Shown: positions 46,603 through 56,293 of the stretch, one piece after another
Position numbering within the stretch: position 1 is the stretch's first letter
How the letters are laid out: each line of letters opens with the position of its first letter
Source of the DNA: an uncultured Planctomycetia bacterium
GTDB taxonomy: Bacteria; Omnitrophota; Gorgyraeia; Tantalellales; Tantalellaceae
DNA length: 64,000 nucleotides
Assembly (NCBI GenBank): GCA_964527555.1
Contig: CAZGOG010000004.1
Location: forward strand, 10,593-74,592
Direction of reading: 5' to 3'
The notes under the pieces: model-generated
Seen by the model: only the letters and a program-made list of their open reading frames with translations
Databases searched by the model: none
What the model was told of the DNA's origin: nothing
Program-made: the position numbers and the translations under genes

Positions 46603-48236
46603 AAAAGGCAAATTTAAGAGGAGCAACTATCGCATTAATGATATTCATTCTTGTAATAAGTCTGGCCTATTACGGCGCTTATTACAACAAGCTGGCGTAT
46701 CCCGTTAAGGATTACGGCTGTTTGCTTTCAGGCGGGGCGAGGGTTTCTTCCGGACAGATGCCTTATATCAATTTTTTCTCTTATTATCCGCCGTTACGTT
46801 ATCTAGTGTTGGGGGGATGGTTTAAAATGTTGGGAGTTTCGGTGGAATCCTCTCAATTACTTTTAGCTTTCTTGTTAACTCTTTCTAATCTTTTGCTTTT
46901 TTTGGTTGCTTGCAGATTTCTGCCCAGGATCTTAGCTTTGATCCCGGTGATCATTCATCTAATAATGCCGGGACCATGGTGGAAAGTCTGGTTTATGCTT
47001 TCCGTGTTAACGGGTCTTTTGTTTATTTTGAGGTATATTGAAAGACCCGATAAACTGCGCGCTTCTCTAGCGGGTTTTGCATGCGGTATTATGATATGGA
47101 TAAGGCAGGATATAGGATGTTATCTTCTGCTTACACTGGCGGTTATTTTCGTAATAACATATCTAAAGAAAACTCCGCTAAGGAATTTTATTTACTGCGT
47201 TTCAGGTGGGATAGCAAGCGGCATGACATTTATCTTTTATTACATGCTAAGAGGCGGCAATATAGTTGATTTTTTCAGGGATACCCTATGGACCGTTTAT
47301 ATCACCAGGCAGGCTGCCGGTGATGCTGCGCGTTTCTGGGTCTATCCCAATACTTTGTTCGGCATTGCAGGAATTCTGTTTATGTTCATTTTCGCTTTTA
47401 TCATATATAAGAGAAGGGAAGATATGACACTTTTTACCCGTTTGTGTGCTTTATTGATCATGACGGGTTTTTGCTTTTTCCATATGCAGATAGGCAGTTT
47501 CAAGTATTATAGGTTCCCGCAGGATCAGGCGTTAATGTATATAATTATGGTGTTTATCGGATTAGAGACATACCGGCTTATGGCGGGTAAAACAAATAAG
47601 ATGCTTGTGAGAGTAAGCTCTTCCTTGGTTCTTGTATTTATAATTTCCGGCATTTCCTTTTATTCTTATTATACTTTCTTTGCCCTAAGTAAAAGCGGTT
47701 ACTTTGCTTACACGGGTATTTTACCGTACTTTAAGAAAAACTGGCAAAAGACAAATATAGAACGCATGGGTAATGTCATGATTAAACGGGAAAAAGCCAT
47801 GGCGTTTAAGAATGCGATTAAGGCGATCGACAGCGCCGCGGAAGTCAATGAAGATGTTTTCTATGGCAGTAATGCTTTTTTGGCTTTTCTTTCCGCCCAT
47901 CCCACACCGGCAAGGGAGGATGTAGTGTACTTTCTTTTTGCCGATAAAAGCGTTATGCGGGATTTTCTGGAAAGGGCAAAAGAAAAAGCTCCAAAAGTTG
48001 TTGTTTTATCGGCGGTAGATCGCCGGATCGCAAGACGTAATCCCGAAGAAAATATTAGGCCGGTTCTTGATTTTGTTAAGAATAACTATGATTTTTCCGA
48101 GAAAGTTGGCAGATATTACGTTTTTGTTAAGGCTGAAAACCCTGATAGGATTGAGACGGAAAAGCGTCTTAACAGTCTATTCTTTGGAGGCGGGAAGAAA
48201 GAGAAATCAGCCAGGGCGAAGCATGATTATGAATAA
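46599..48236 (+). CDS. polytopic membrane protein with GT-C-like architecture (candidate ArnT/GtrC-type periplasmic glycosyltransferase)
   Basis: About 370 aa containing 10 or more predicted TM helices, then a soluble C-terminal domain of about 170 aa. The assignment is from architecture only. Confidence 0.35.
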   Translation: MKKANLRGATIALMIFILVISLAYYGAYYNKLAYPVKDYGCLLSGGARVSSGQMPYINFFSYYPPLRYLVLGGWFKMLGVSVESSQLLLAFLLTLSNLLLFLVACRFLPRILALIPVIIHLIMPGPWWKVWFMLSVLTGLLFILRYIERPDKLRASLAGFACGIMIWIRQDIGCYLLLTLAVIFVITYLKKTPLRNFIYCVSGGIASGMTFIFYYMLRGGNIVDFFRDTLWTVYITRQAAGDAARFWVYPNTLFGIAGILFMFIFAFIIYKRREDMTLFTRLCALLIMTGFCFFHMQIGSFKYYRFPQDQALMYIIMVFIGLETYRLMAGKTNKMLVRVSSSLVLVFIISGISFYSYYTFFALSKSGYFAYTGILPYFKKNWQKTNIERMGNVMIKREKAMAFKNAIKAIDSAAEVNEDVFYGSNAFLAFLSAHPTPAREDVVYFLFADKSVMRDFLERAKEKAPKVVVLSAVDRRIARRNPEENIRPVLDFVKNNYDFSEKVGRYYVFVKAENPDRIETEKRLNSLFFGGGKKEKSARAKHDYE

Positions 48237-49389
48237 AACTAAATTAATTCTTGTTATAACTCTTAGTATGATCTTTGTGTTTTTATGGGCAAAGAGCACC
48301 AGCTGGGTTCGTCTGGCTAAAGCAGATTTTTATATTAAGGAAGGCCAGACGGATAAGGCCCTCAAGGTTTATGAGAGTATTTTTCGTAAGGAAGAAATAT
48401 TATCCGAAAGCGGGACAGTTCGCACGTTTTTTAAATTAAAACCGCAGAAAGAGTATAATGTCGGTTCTTTTTTGGCTGATTATTATAAAAATAACGGCGA
48501 TCTTGAGAAAGAAATAAAATGCCTGAAAAGACTCGCGCAGTTAAAACCAAATGAGGAAAATAGTTATCTCAGGCTTTATGATATTTATGTAAGTAAAGAT
48601 GATATCAGGGAAGCAACGAAGGTGGTTGCCTGTTATGAAAAGGCCAATAGTCGCATTTTCCCGAGAGAAATGCCCCGCGATTTACTTTGGGAATATAACC
48701 TGGGGAAAAGTTATTTGGATAAAGGCATGCTCGAAAAGGCTGAAAAATCATTCAAGTTTTGTCTTGAGAAAAACAGTAAATTCGCGGATGTATATTATTT
48801 ACTAGGCGCAGTTTACCAGAAAGAAGGGAGGAGGGAGGAGGCAATCGAAGAGTACCGGCAGGCTGTCAGCATCGCTCCGAACCACATGGGCTCATTGGTT
48901 GCTTTAAGCGGATTATATGAAAAGCCGGGTGCAGGTGAAGGCCAGTTTATAGAAAAGAGAATTGAGGAATTAACGCCTCCCGATAAGGCGGATATTAATT
49001 TTTCTGATAAGATTCAGCTTTTGGGGTATGATATCGGAATAGGCGCGGATAAAAGAGCGCTTTTTAAGTTCTGGTTTAAATGTTTGAGTGAAATAGACAG
49101 GGATTATTTGTGTGTGATCTATGTTAAAACAAAGGATCTGGATTTATTGCCGCCAAAACGAAAAAATATAGGATTTTTATGTTTTTCCGATAAAATAGCG
49201 GGAGGTACTTCAAACTGGCAGATAGGTGAAGTATATACGACTGAATTTAAAAGAAGAGTAAAGACAGAAAAATATCAGGTGATATTTTTTCTTAAAAGTT
49301 CCGGCGGTGAAGATTCTTCCCCGATGGTTTTAAGAAACACTGCCACAGGCGGAAGGAACGCGGATCTGGGGGTTATAAGGATTTTTTAA
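48223..49389 (+). CDS. membrane-anchored TPR-repeat protein
   Basis: An N-terminal TM (MIMNKTKLILVITLSMIFVFLW) and several TPR-like repeats. The start is an internal Met of track ORF 48067. Confidence 0.5.
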   Translation: MIMNKTKLILVITLSMIFVFLWAKSTSWVRLAKADFYIKEGQTDKALKVYESIFRKEEILSESGTVRTFFKLKPQKEYNVGSFLADYYKNNGDLEKEIKCLKRLAQLKPNEENSYLRLYDIYVSKDDIREATKVVACYEKANSRIFPREMPRDLLWEYNLGKSYLDKGMLEKAEKSFKFCLEKNSKFADVYYLLGAVYQKEGRREEAIEEYRQAVSIAPNHMGSLVALSGLYEKPGAGEGQFIEKRIEELTPPDKADINFSDKIQLLGYDIGIGADKRALFKFWFKCLSEIDRDYLCVIYVKTKDLDLLPPKRKNIGFLCFSDKIAGGTSNWQIGEVYTTEFKRRVKTEKYQVIFFLKSSGGEDSSPMVLRNTATGGRNADLGVIRIF

Positions 49390-49410
49390 ATCAAAGGTTT
49401 TCAGTTTATT

Positions 49411-50970
49411 ATGCAAGCTAAGAAGAGAAGAAGGATGTTTAAGGCGCTATTGGTAGGGACGGTATTTTCCTTTATCGGCATTGTGACTAACCAGCTTGGG
49501 GGAATAGGTCTTAAGGTAATGCTTGCGCGTCTCCTGGGGCCGGAAGAATTTGGTCTGGTGAACCTGAGTTTAGCCATACTGGTAGTTGTGACAAGTTTCA
49601 CCCTTATGGGATACCAGAACGGGGTCACGCGTTTTACTGCCTTTTACAAAGGACAGGGTGAAACGGGTAAAATCAAAACCACGATTCAAATTGTCTGGAA
49701 AATCATACTTCTTTCGTCATGTGCAGGGGGGCTTCTTGTTTATCTATTTTCCGGGAAGATGGCCGCAAGCGTTTTCCACGATCAGAAACTGATGCCGGTA
49801 TTAAAGATATTTGCTTTCGCCGTGCCCTTACTCGCTTTAAGCAGGGTGTTTAATGCGGGCCTGCGCGGGTTTAAAAAGATCCATCTTGTTATCATCACGG
49901 ACAGAATCTTGTGGCGGGTAATGCCTTTGGTATTAGTTGCGTTTCTCTTCCTGTTCTTTAATCTCGAGCTTAACGGTGTGGCATATTCATTTCTTATTAC
50001 TGTTGCTATGATGCTTATGGTATCGGCGATCTTTTTATATAGGGAAATCGTCTCTTACCCGAATAGTTTGGATAAAAAAACATGTTTAAGGGAAATAACC
50101 CAGTATTCATGGCCGGTAGCTCTGGTAGAAATCGGGAATAACTTAAAAACCAGGACCGACACACTTCTAATAGCGTTTTTCCTGGGGGCTTATGAAGTTG
50201 GTATATTTTCCGTGGCGCTTACCCTTGCCGCTTTTTTACACCTTTTTTTAAGTTCAATAGTTGTCATATTTAATCCGGTCGCTTCAGAGCTCTTTGGTGA
50301 GAATAATATGGCTGAGATAGGCAGGATCTTTTCGCTTGTCACAAAATGGCTTGTCTTATTGGCGCTTCCGATTTTACTATTCCTTATGTTTTTTCCCGGG
50401 ATAACGATTTCGGTTTTGTTTGGCGCCTCTTACAAAAGCGCGGCTCCCGCATTAGCTATTCTCGCATTTTGTTTTTTTGCAAAAACCGCTGTGGGGCCCA
50501 GTGGAGCTACGTTGCTTGCTATGGGGCATTCAAAGATTAACATGCTGATTTCTATTTCGACGCTTCTTGTCAGTATTTTCCTGTGTCTTTTGCTGATTCC
50601 AAGGTACGGGATAATCGGGGCGGCGATAGCAACAGGATCTGCTACTATATTCCAGCAGGCAAGCATGTTTGTTATGATGAGGAAATATATCGAAGTACAC
50701 TTTTTCAGAAAAAAACTGTTTTTTTATATCGGCTATTGTATTACGCTAAGCGCGATCTTTCGGATATCTTTAGGCAATTTCATGCATAACATATTAGGTC
50801 TTTTTGCACTTGGCGTATTGTTTTACGTTCTTGCCCTATATGGGGTATTAATCACCAAACAGCTGGAAAGAGATGATCTTGTCCTGATCGCCAGGTTTCG
50901 TCGGAAGATCAGGTCGAAAAGAAAATATTCCAACAAAACCCTGCAGGCTGGGGATAATAACTATATGTAG
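49411..50970 (+). CDS. wzx: Wzx-type polysaccharide flippase (MOP superfamily, Polysacc_synt)
   Basis: 519 aa and about 14 TM segments, with an N-terminus typical of O-unit flippases. Confidence 0.75.
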   Translation: MQAKKRRRMFKALLVGTVFSFIGIVTNQLGGIGLKVMLARLLGPEEFGLVNLSLAILVVVTSFTLMGYQNGVTRFTAFYKGQGETGKIKTTIQIVWKIILLSSCAGGLLVYLFSGKMAASVFHDQKLMPVLKIFAFAVPLLALSRVFNAGLRGFKKIHLVIITDRILWRVMPLVLVAFLFLFFNLELNGVAYSFLITVAMMLMVSAIFLYREIVSYPNSLDKKTCLREITQYSWPVALVEIGNNLKTRTDTLLIAFFLGAYEVGIFSVALTLAAFLHLFLSSIVVIFNPVASELFGENNMAEIGRIFSLVTKWLVLLALPILLFLMFFPGITISVLFGASYKSAAPALAILAFCFFAKTAVGPSGATLLAMGHSKINMLISISTLLVSIFLCLLLIPRYGIIGAAIATGSATIFQQASMFVMMRKYIEVHFFRKKLFFYIGYCITLSAIFRISLGNFMHNILGLFALGVLFYVLALYGVLITKQLERDDLVLIARFRRKIRSKRKYSNKTLQAGDNNYM

Positions 50971-51015
50971 GGTTACTTGCGTGCTATTTTATAAGATGTA
51001 TATGATGGGTGAAAG

Positions 51016-51903
51016 ATGTCAATTATAGTTAATATTTGCGGTCCGGGTCGTTCCGGGAGCACTCTGCTTGGTTCAATGCTGGGCAATTCTCCAAATGCTT
51101 TTCATTGCGGGGAAGTTTATGCCTGGTTCAGACCGTATCGAACGCATCATTTTAAAATCAAGTGCACCTGTAAGGAAGACCCATGTCCATACTGGGAAAA
51201 GATCAAGGATTATCCGGAGAGTGACTTTCACAAAAAGGCATTCGAAAGGCTGGGTGTTGATTTTGTAATAGACTCCTCAAAAGAAATTTCATGGGTGGTA
51301 GACAATAACAGGTGGGCCGCTAGAAACGGCATCAAAGTGATTAATTTGATAATCTGGAAAAAACTATTAGATCTAGTTTATTCCCACTGGAAACGGGGTA
51401 GGGGTATGGTAAGTTGGCGCAGAAATTTTTTGAACTGGCATAGAAAATTTTCTGATACGCGCCTTCCGTTTGTTTCCGTGTGTTATAACGAGCTTGCAAG
51501 TGACCCCTCGGGTAAGTTAAAAGATATATGCAGAGTGATCGGTATGGAATATTCCCCGGGAAAAGAGGACTTCTGGAATAGACCCCAGCATCATCTTTTT
51601 GGCAGCTTAGGCATAAGGAAACAACTGGAAACTGGCAATTTCGAAGGGATTAGACCGCCGGAAGAATTTTCACCTGAGTTTAAAAAAAATTTGGAATTTT
51701 TAAATGAAAAAATCACCAAGGATAAAGAAGTTCAAGGAATAATGGAGAGACTGGAGGAAAGGGAGGTCTCGAACATTGACTATCAGGCGTGTGGGGAGAC
51801 GGCAAAGTGGATGCGCAGGGTCTATCCGCCCTGGTATTATCTTAAGAAAGTGCAAAGAGTATATAAGAGACACTTTCCTCAAGTTTGGATTCATGAGCAA
51901 TAG
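51016..51903 (+). CDS. sulfotransferase-family protein
   Basis: ICGPGRSGSTLLGSML is a 5-prime-PSB-like P-loop of PAPS-dependent sulfotransferases. Confidence 0.6.
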   Translation: MSIIVNICGPGRSGSTLLGSMLGNSPNAFHCGEVYAWFRPYRTHHFKIKCTCKEDPCPYWEKIKDYPESDFHKKAFERLGVDFVIDSSKEISWVVDNNRWAARNGIKVINLIIWKKLLDLVYSHWKRGRGMVSWRRNFLNWHRKFSDTRLPFVSVCYNELASDPSGKLKDICRVIGMEYSPGKEDFWNRPQHHLFGSLGIRKQLETGNFEGIRPPEEFSPEFKKNLEFLNEKITKDKEVQGIMERLEEREVSNIDYQACGETAKWMRRVYPPWYYLKKVQRVYKRHFPQVWIHEQ

Positions 51904-51933
51904 GGGCTATTAAGAGAAGGATATTGGTGGCTA

Positions 51934-53250
51934 ATGGATGAGGTGTTAAAGATTCCCAGCATAAAAATCCGTCAGATTTTCTTTCTGTTAGCTCTGGGGA
52001 TTATACCATTTTATGTCATAGCGCGGCTTACGCAGTATAAGTTCTTTTTTATATATACCGCATTTGTTTTTTATAACCTCTTGATACTGTCCTTTTATTA
52101 CCGTAAGGCGCTGTTTTACACGGTCAAAAACAATGTCTTAATGATCGGGTTGTTTGCTTCTTTCTATGTGTCGTCAGTCTGGAGTATAAACCGCGGCGAA
52201 GTTTTATGGTCCTCTTTTGTTGTTACTATTTACCTTTTGGTATATATGATTTTCTGCTTTATTGTGGTCAACTATACCCATAAGGACATCGAAGGCATAT
52301 ACATGTTTATACCGGTTTTCTTGTTCGTGCTAAACGTAGTTTTGATCTATAAATACGGCAATATCCGCGTTGAAACCGTACAGGTAAACGAATTTATTAT
52401 AAGCCGGGGAGGGGAAGCAACCGATTTGATCGGTATCGAGAGGGTCAGGGACGTCTTGCGGTCTTTTCCTAATCATATGGTCGCGCTGGTGGAAGTGTGT
52501 ATTCCCTTCCTTTTGTACTTTATCAAATTCCAGAGGAGAAAACTGTTCTTGTATATGATACTGGCACTTGCCCTGTTCGATGTTTTTATTTCACAGTCAC
52601 TAAGTGCGTATGCGGTTCTTATAATCGTGCTTGTAATGACTTCGCTTATGTATAGCCGTAATGCCTTTAGATTTATAAAATACATGTTTGCCATGCTGCT
52701 AGTGGTGGGTATAATTTTTTCAGTGCTTCTCGCTATACCGCGGACTAACCGGTTCATAAATATAACATGGTACCGGCTTGCCCGGTTTTCAGACAATGTG
52801 CAGACTTTCGTGGAAGGAGGGGAAGAGGAGGCTGGTAACAGAATAAAGATGTACAAGACGGGGTTTAAAATCATAAGGAAACATCCTGTTTTAGGTGTTG
52901 GGTTTGACAATTTCGGCGCGTATATGCAGAAAATATACGGTTTTGAAGTTATTTCACACAATGTTATTTTTACGGTTTGGACTGGATCCGGAATTATAGG
53001 CTTAATTTTGTTTTTAAGCATTATCTTTAAAGCTTTTAAGAATTTATGGAGAAAGCACAAGCATTACTATCGCAGCAATCCGGAACTTTCATACTGGTTT
53101 TTGGCTAACTGGATAGCGCTACTGCTCTTGCTGATTCACGGACAAACGCGGCCACTGTTGAATAACCCTGTTTTTTATCTGCCTCTGGCGGTAGGGCTTA
53201 TGAGCAAGGATACTGCTTCTGGCGAGGAAGAATACTTGAAGAGGGCATGA
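51934..53250 (+). CDS. O-antigen ligase / Wzy-like polymerase family membrane protein
   Basis: About 10 TM segments and a periplasmic loop with a ...GVGFDNFGAY... motif typical of the Wzy_C family. Confidence 0.6.
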   Translation: MDEVLKIPSIKIRQIFFLLALGIIPFYVIARLTQYKFFFIYTAFVFYNLLILSFYYRKALFYTVKNNVLMIGLFASFYVSSVWSINRGEVLWSSFVVTIYLLVYMIFCFIVVNYTHKDIEGIYMFIPVFLFVLNVVLIYKYGNIRVETVQVNEFIISRGGEATDLIGIERVRDVLRSFPNHMVALVEVCIPFLLYFIKFQRRKLFLYMILALALFDVFISQSLSAYAVLIIVLVMTSLMYSRNAFRFIKYMFAMLLVVGIIFSVLLAIPRTNRFINITWYRLARFSDNVQTFVEGGEEEAGNRIKMYKTGFKIIRKHPVLGVGFDNFGAYMQKIYGFEVISHNVIFTVWTGSGIIGLILFLSIIFKAFKNLWRKHKHYYRSNPELSYWFLANWIALLLLLIHGQTRPLLNNPVFYLPLAVGLMSKDTASGEEEYLKRA

Positions 53251-54341
53251 AGATACTGATAATTACGACAAGAGACAAAAGGGAGAGATATCGTTTTTTA
53301 TCTGAACCGTTGGCAAAGATAGAGAATGTTAAAATCACTCTCTTTCGAAACGATGAAAACATTTTAAACTTTATTGTTAAATCTTTATTCTATGCGGTAA
53401 GAAACAGGGATTTTAATCTTATCCTCGTTTATGGTGGTGACTTTAAGAGTCTTTTCTGGACTTTTCTAGCAAGGACGGTGGTAAAAGCGAAAGTAATCTG
53501 TCGTCTAGGGGGTGACCCTATAGTTATAAGGAAAAAAGTCATAAAAACTGTTTTAGCGAATCATAAGTTTTTCAGGTATGTTAAACTGGCGATAAATTAT
53601 TTTATTACGAAAATACTTTTGCGATGCATCGATGGGGCCGTGGTCGTAAATAAATCTTTGATCGTTAGTTTAAAGAAATATACGCGCGAAGGAATACCAA
53701 TAGCAGTTATCCCGCAGCCCATAGCTGTAAAAGAGAGAGCCGAAAACAGTTTCTTTACAGCTAAAAGGGAGGAGTTTCATTTGTTGACGGTGACAAATCT
53801 CTCTTATCGGGATAAATATGAAGGTGTGTGTATGGTAATAAAAAATCTAAGTGAAGAGTTTAAATCAAATTATGGAAGCGCAAGGATTGTGTACGATATT
53901 CTCGGGGGAGGGTATTACCTTGAGAAGCTGAAAAAATTTTTAGAAAAATATACAGACCTACCCGACAATCTCAAAATTAACATGCATGGTTATGTTGAGA
54001 GGACAGAGCCTTTTTATAAAAATGCGGATTTATTTATTTACTCTTCTACTGTCGATGCAACGCCGAATGTTTTACTGGAAGCACAAAGTTACGGATTGGC
54101 GCTTCTGGTCAACTCCTATGAACCGTTTTATAATATCCTCAAAGAGGATGTAAATGCGCTCTTTTTCGATGACAGGGCGGGGGTAATTTTTCGCAGTAAG
54201 TTTAATGAGCTTTTGGAGAACAAGGCATTACGGGAGAGAATGGGGCGGAACAATCTCGAAAATATAGAGAAAAATTATTCCATTGGAGCGATAGCACAGA
54301 AATGGGAGTCATTTTTATCAAAACAAGAAATTAGAAAATAA
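53247..54341 (+). CDS. GT4 glycosyltransferase
   Basis: C-terminal Glycos_transf_1 pattern (...TPNVLLEAQSYGLALLV). Confidence 0.7.
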   Translation: MKILIITTRDKRERYRFLSEPLAKIENVKITLFRNDENILNFIVKSLFYAVRNRDFNLILVYGGDFKSLFWTFLARTVVKAKVICRLGGDPIVIRKKVIKTVLANHKFFRYVKLAINYFITKILLRCIDGAVVVNKSLIVSLKKYTREGIPIAVIPQPIAVKERAENSFFTAKREEFHLLTVTNLSYRDKYEGVCMVIKNLSEEFKSNYGSARIVYDILGGGYYLEKLKKFLEKYTDLPDNLKINMHGYVERTEPFYKNADLFIYSSTVDATPNVLLEAQSYGLALLVNSYEPFYNILKEDVNALFFDDRAGVIFRSKFNELLENKALRERMGRNNLENIEKNYSIGAIAQKWESFLSKQEIRK

Positions 54342-54342
54342 C

Positions 54343-55107
54343 ATGAATATAGCATTGATTTACAGAGGGATGATGGTATATGGTTTTTCGGGGATATTAC
54401 CACTGTATGTAGTTGCCGAATACCCAAGATCAGGCGGTACGTGGTTTGGGCAGATACTTGCAGAGTATCTGAATATTCCGTTTCCACGAAACAGGAAACC
54501 TGCTTTCAGATCATGTGTCATGCATGGGCATTATTTATATTCTCCTCTTATCAAGAACATCTTTATCGTTGTCAGGGATGGCCGTGACGTTATGGTCTCT
54601 TACTATTTTCACAGCTTGTTCATAAACGATAAATTTAATGCTTCGAGAGTGGAGCGTACAAGAAGAGCCCTGAGGTTTGAGGATTACCATGACGTAAAGA
54701 AAAACCTGCCGAAGTTTATCAAATATAAATTCACAAAAAGCATTTACAACAGGTTTACATGGTGTGAATTTGCTAACAATTGGCTTGATAAAGGGGTTAC
54801 TTTAGTAAAATACGAGAATTTGTTACAGGATGCTGCACGCGAAGCGGGAAGAGCTATAGAAAACGTGTGTGGTGTCAAAGCAGATTACGAACGCCTTGAA
54901 AAAGCGGCCGCGAAATATTCGTTTAAGAATCAGTCCCAAAGGGATCCCGGTGAAGAGAATAGGTCAAAATTTTTAAGAAAAGGAATAGCGGGGGATTGGA
55001 AAAATTATTTTACTAAGGATGCCTGCGAGGTTTTTGATAATTACGCCGGGGAAACTCTCATCCGTCTGGGATACGAAAAGGATAAAAGCTGGATAAACGA
55101 TATTTAA
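54343..55107 (+). CDS. sulfotransferase (Sulfotransfer_1-like)
   Basis: YPRSGGTWF matches the PKSGTTW 5-prime-PSB motif, plus an RDGRDV 3-prime-PB-like region. Confidence 0.7.
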   Translation: MNIALIYRGMMVYGFSGILPLYVVAEYPRSGGTWFGQILAEYLNIPFPRNRKPAFRSCVMHGHYLYSPLIKNIFIVVRDGRDVMVSYYFHSLFINDKFNASRVERTRRALRFEDYHDVKKNLPKFIKYKFTKSIYNRFTWCEFANNWLDKGVTLVKYENLLQDAAREAGRAIENVCGVKADYERLEKAAAKYSFKNQSQRDPGEENRSKFLRKGIAGDWKNYFTKDACEVFDNYAGETLIRLGYEKDKSWINDI

Positions 55108-55119
55108 ATTAGGAATATT

Positions 55120-56244
55120 ATGAATATTGCGATTAGTACTTTAGCTATAGGTTTTGCGGGAGGTAAGGATTACGCCAAGATGCTGATAAAGCACTTGGCT
55201 GAGAATGACAGAGATAACAATTACTTTATTTTCCTGAACCCACAGAAAGAAGAACTTATAAAAGAGGCAGAAAATTTTCAGTATATAAAATGCGGGTTTC
55301 CCTCACGAAATATTATTTTCAGATTACTATGGGAGCAGCTGTATCTGCCCTTTATCTTAAAGAGAAGAAGGATAGACGTTTTGTATAATCTTTCGGGGTA
55401 TGATGTTTTTTTTGCGCCCTGTAAGAAGGTTCTTAAGATAGCCAACATGGCTCCTTTTTGTCAGCAGACTGTAAGAGAAGCAGACCCGGTAAGCAAGGCA
55501 AGGCTTTTTCTTTTGAAGTATTTGGGGCTGATTTCTTTTAAGACGGTGGATGCGGTTATCGTTATGAGCGAGAGCGCAAAAACGGATCTGTTGAAAAAGA
55601 CAGGGGCTTCAGCTGACAAGTTTTTTGGAATCCTGCACAGCGCGGATATACAGAATCTAAAAGACTGTGGCGACACAGAAGAAAAACTCGTTGACGGTGA
55701 TTATGCACTTGCAGTCTCTAACATATACCCCTATAAGAAACTCATCGAAACTATTGAAGCTTTCCATATTTTCTTGAAAGAAAGCAAAAATCCTTCTTTA
55801 AAGCTGGTTATAGCAGGGGCGATTAAGAATAAAAAGTATTATGCTAAAGTACTTAAGTTTATTAAAGACAAGGACTTAGGGGGCAAAGTGGTTTTCCTGG
55901 GTTTTGTCCCCAGAAATCAATTGTACTGGCTGTATAAAAGGTGTAAAATTTTTATTTTTAGTTCGATAGTTGAAACTTGTTCCAGAGCGTTGATTGAAGC
56001 CATGAAATGCGGCACTGCTATCCTGTGTTCCGAAAGAAGCGTTCTGCCAGAGATATGTCAGGAGGCAGCTGTTTATTTTGATCCGGATAACCCTGTAGAT
56101 TTATCCGAGAAAATGGAGAAGTTGTTACAGTCCTCGGATTTAATTGAACAGATGAAGACAAAGAGTTTAAAGAGAGCAGAAGAATTTGATTGGGACAAAA
56201 CTGCACTTAAAACGCTTGAGGCATTAGAGCGAGTAGCTTCCTGA
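55120..56244 (+). CDS. GT4 glycosyltransferase
   Basis: A GT-B fold with ...ETCSRALIEAMKCGTAILCSE. Confidence 0.75.
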   Translation: MNIAISTLAIGFAGGKDYAKMLIKHLAENDRDNNYFIFLNPQKEELIKEAENFQYIKCGFPSRNIIFRLLWEQLYLPFILKRRRIDVLYNLSGYDVFFAPCKKVLKIANMAPFCQQTVREADPVSKARLFLLKYLGLISFKTVDAVIVMSESAKTDLLKKTGASADKFFGILHSADIQNLKDCGDTEEKLVDGDYALAVSNIYPYKKLIETIEAFHIFLKESKNPSLKLVIAGAIKNKKYYAKVLKFIKDKDLGGKVVFLGFVPRNQLYWLYKRCKIFIFSSIVETCSRALIEAMKCGTAILCSERSVLPEICQEAAVYFDPDNPVDLSEKMEKLLQSSDLIEQMKTKSLKRAEEFDWDKTALKTLEALERVAS

Positions 56245-56293
56245 TGATGCAGTAGATGGCCTTTAAACGGACAATAAGGAAGAGAGCGGATAT

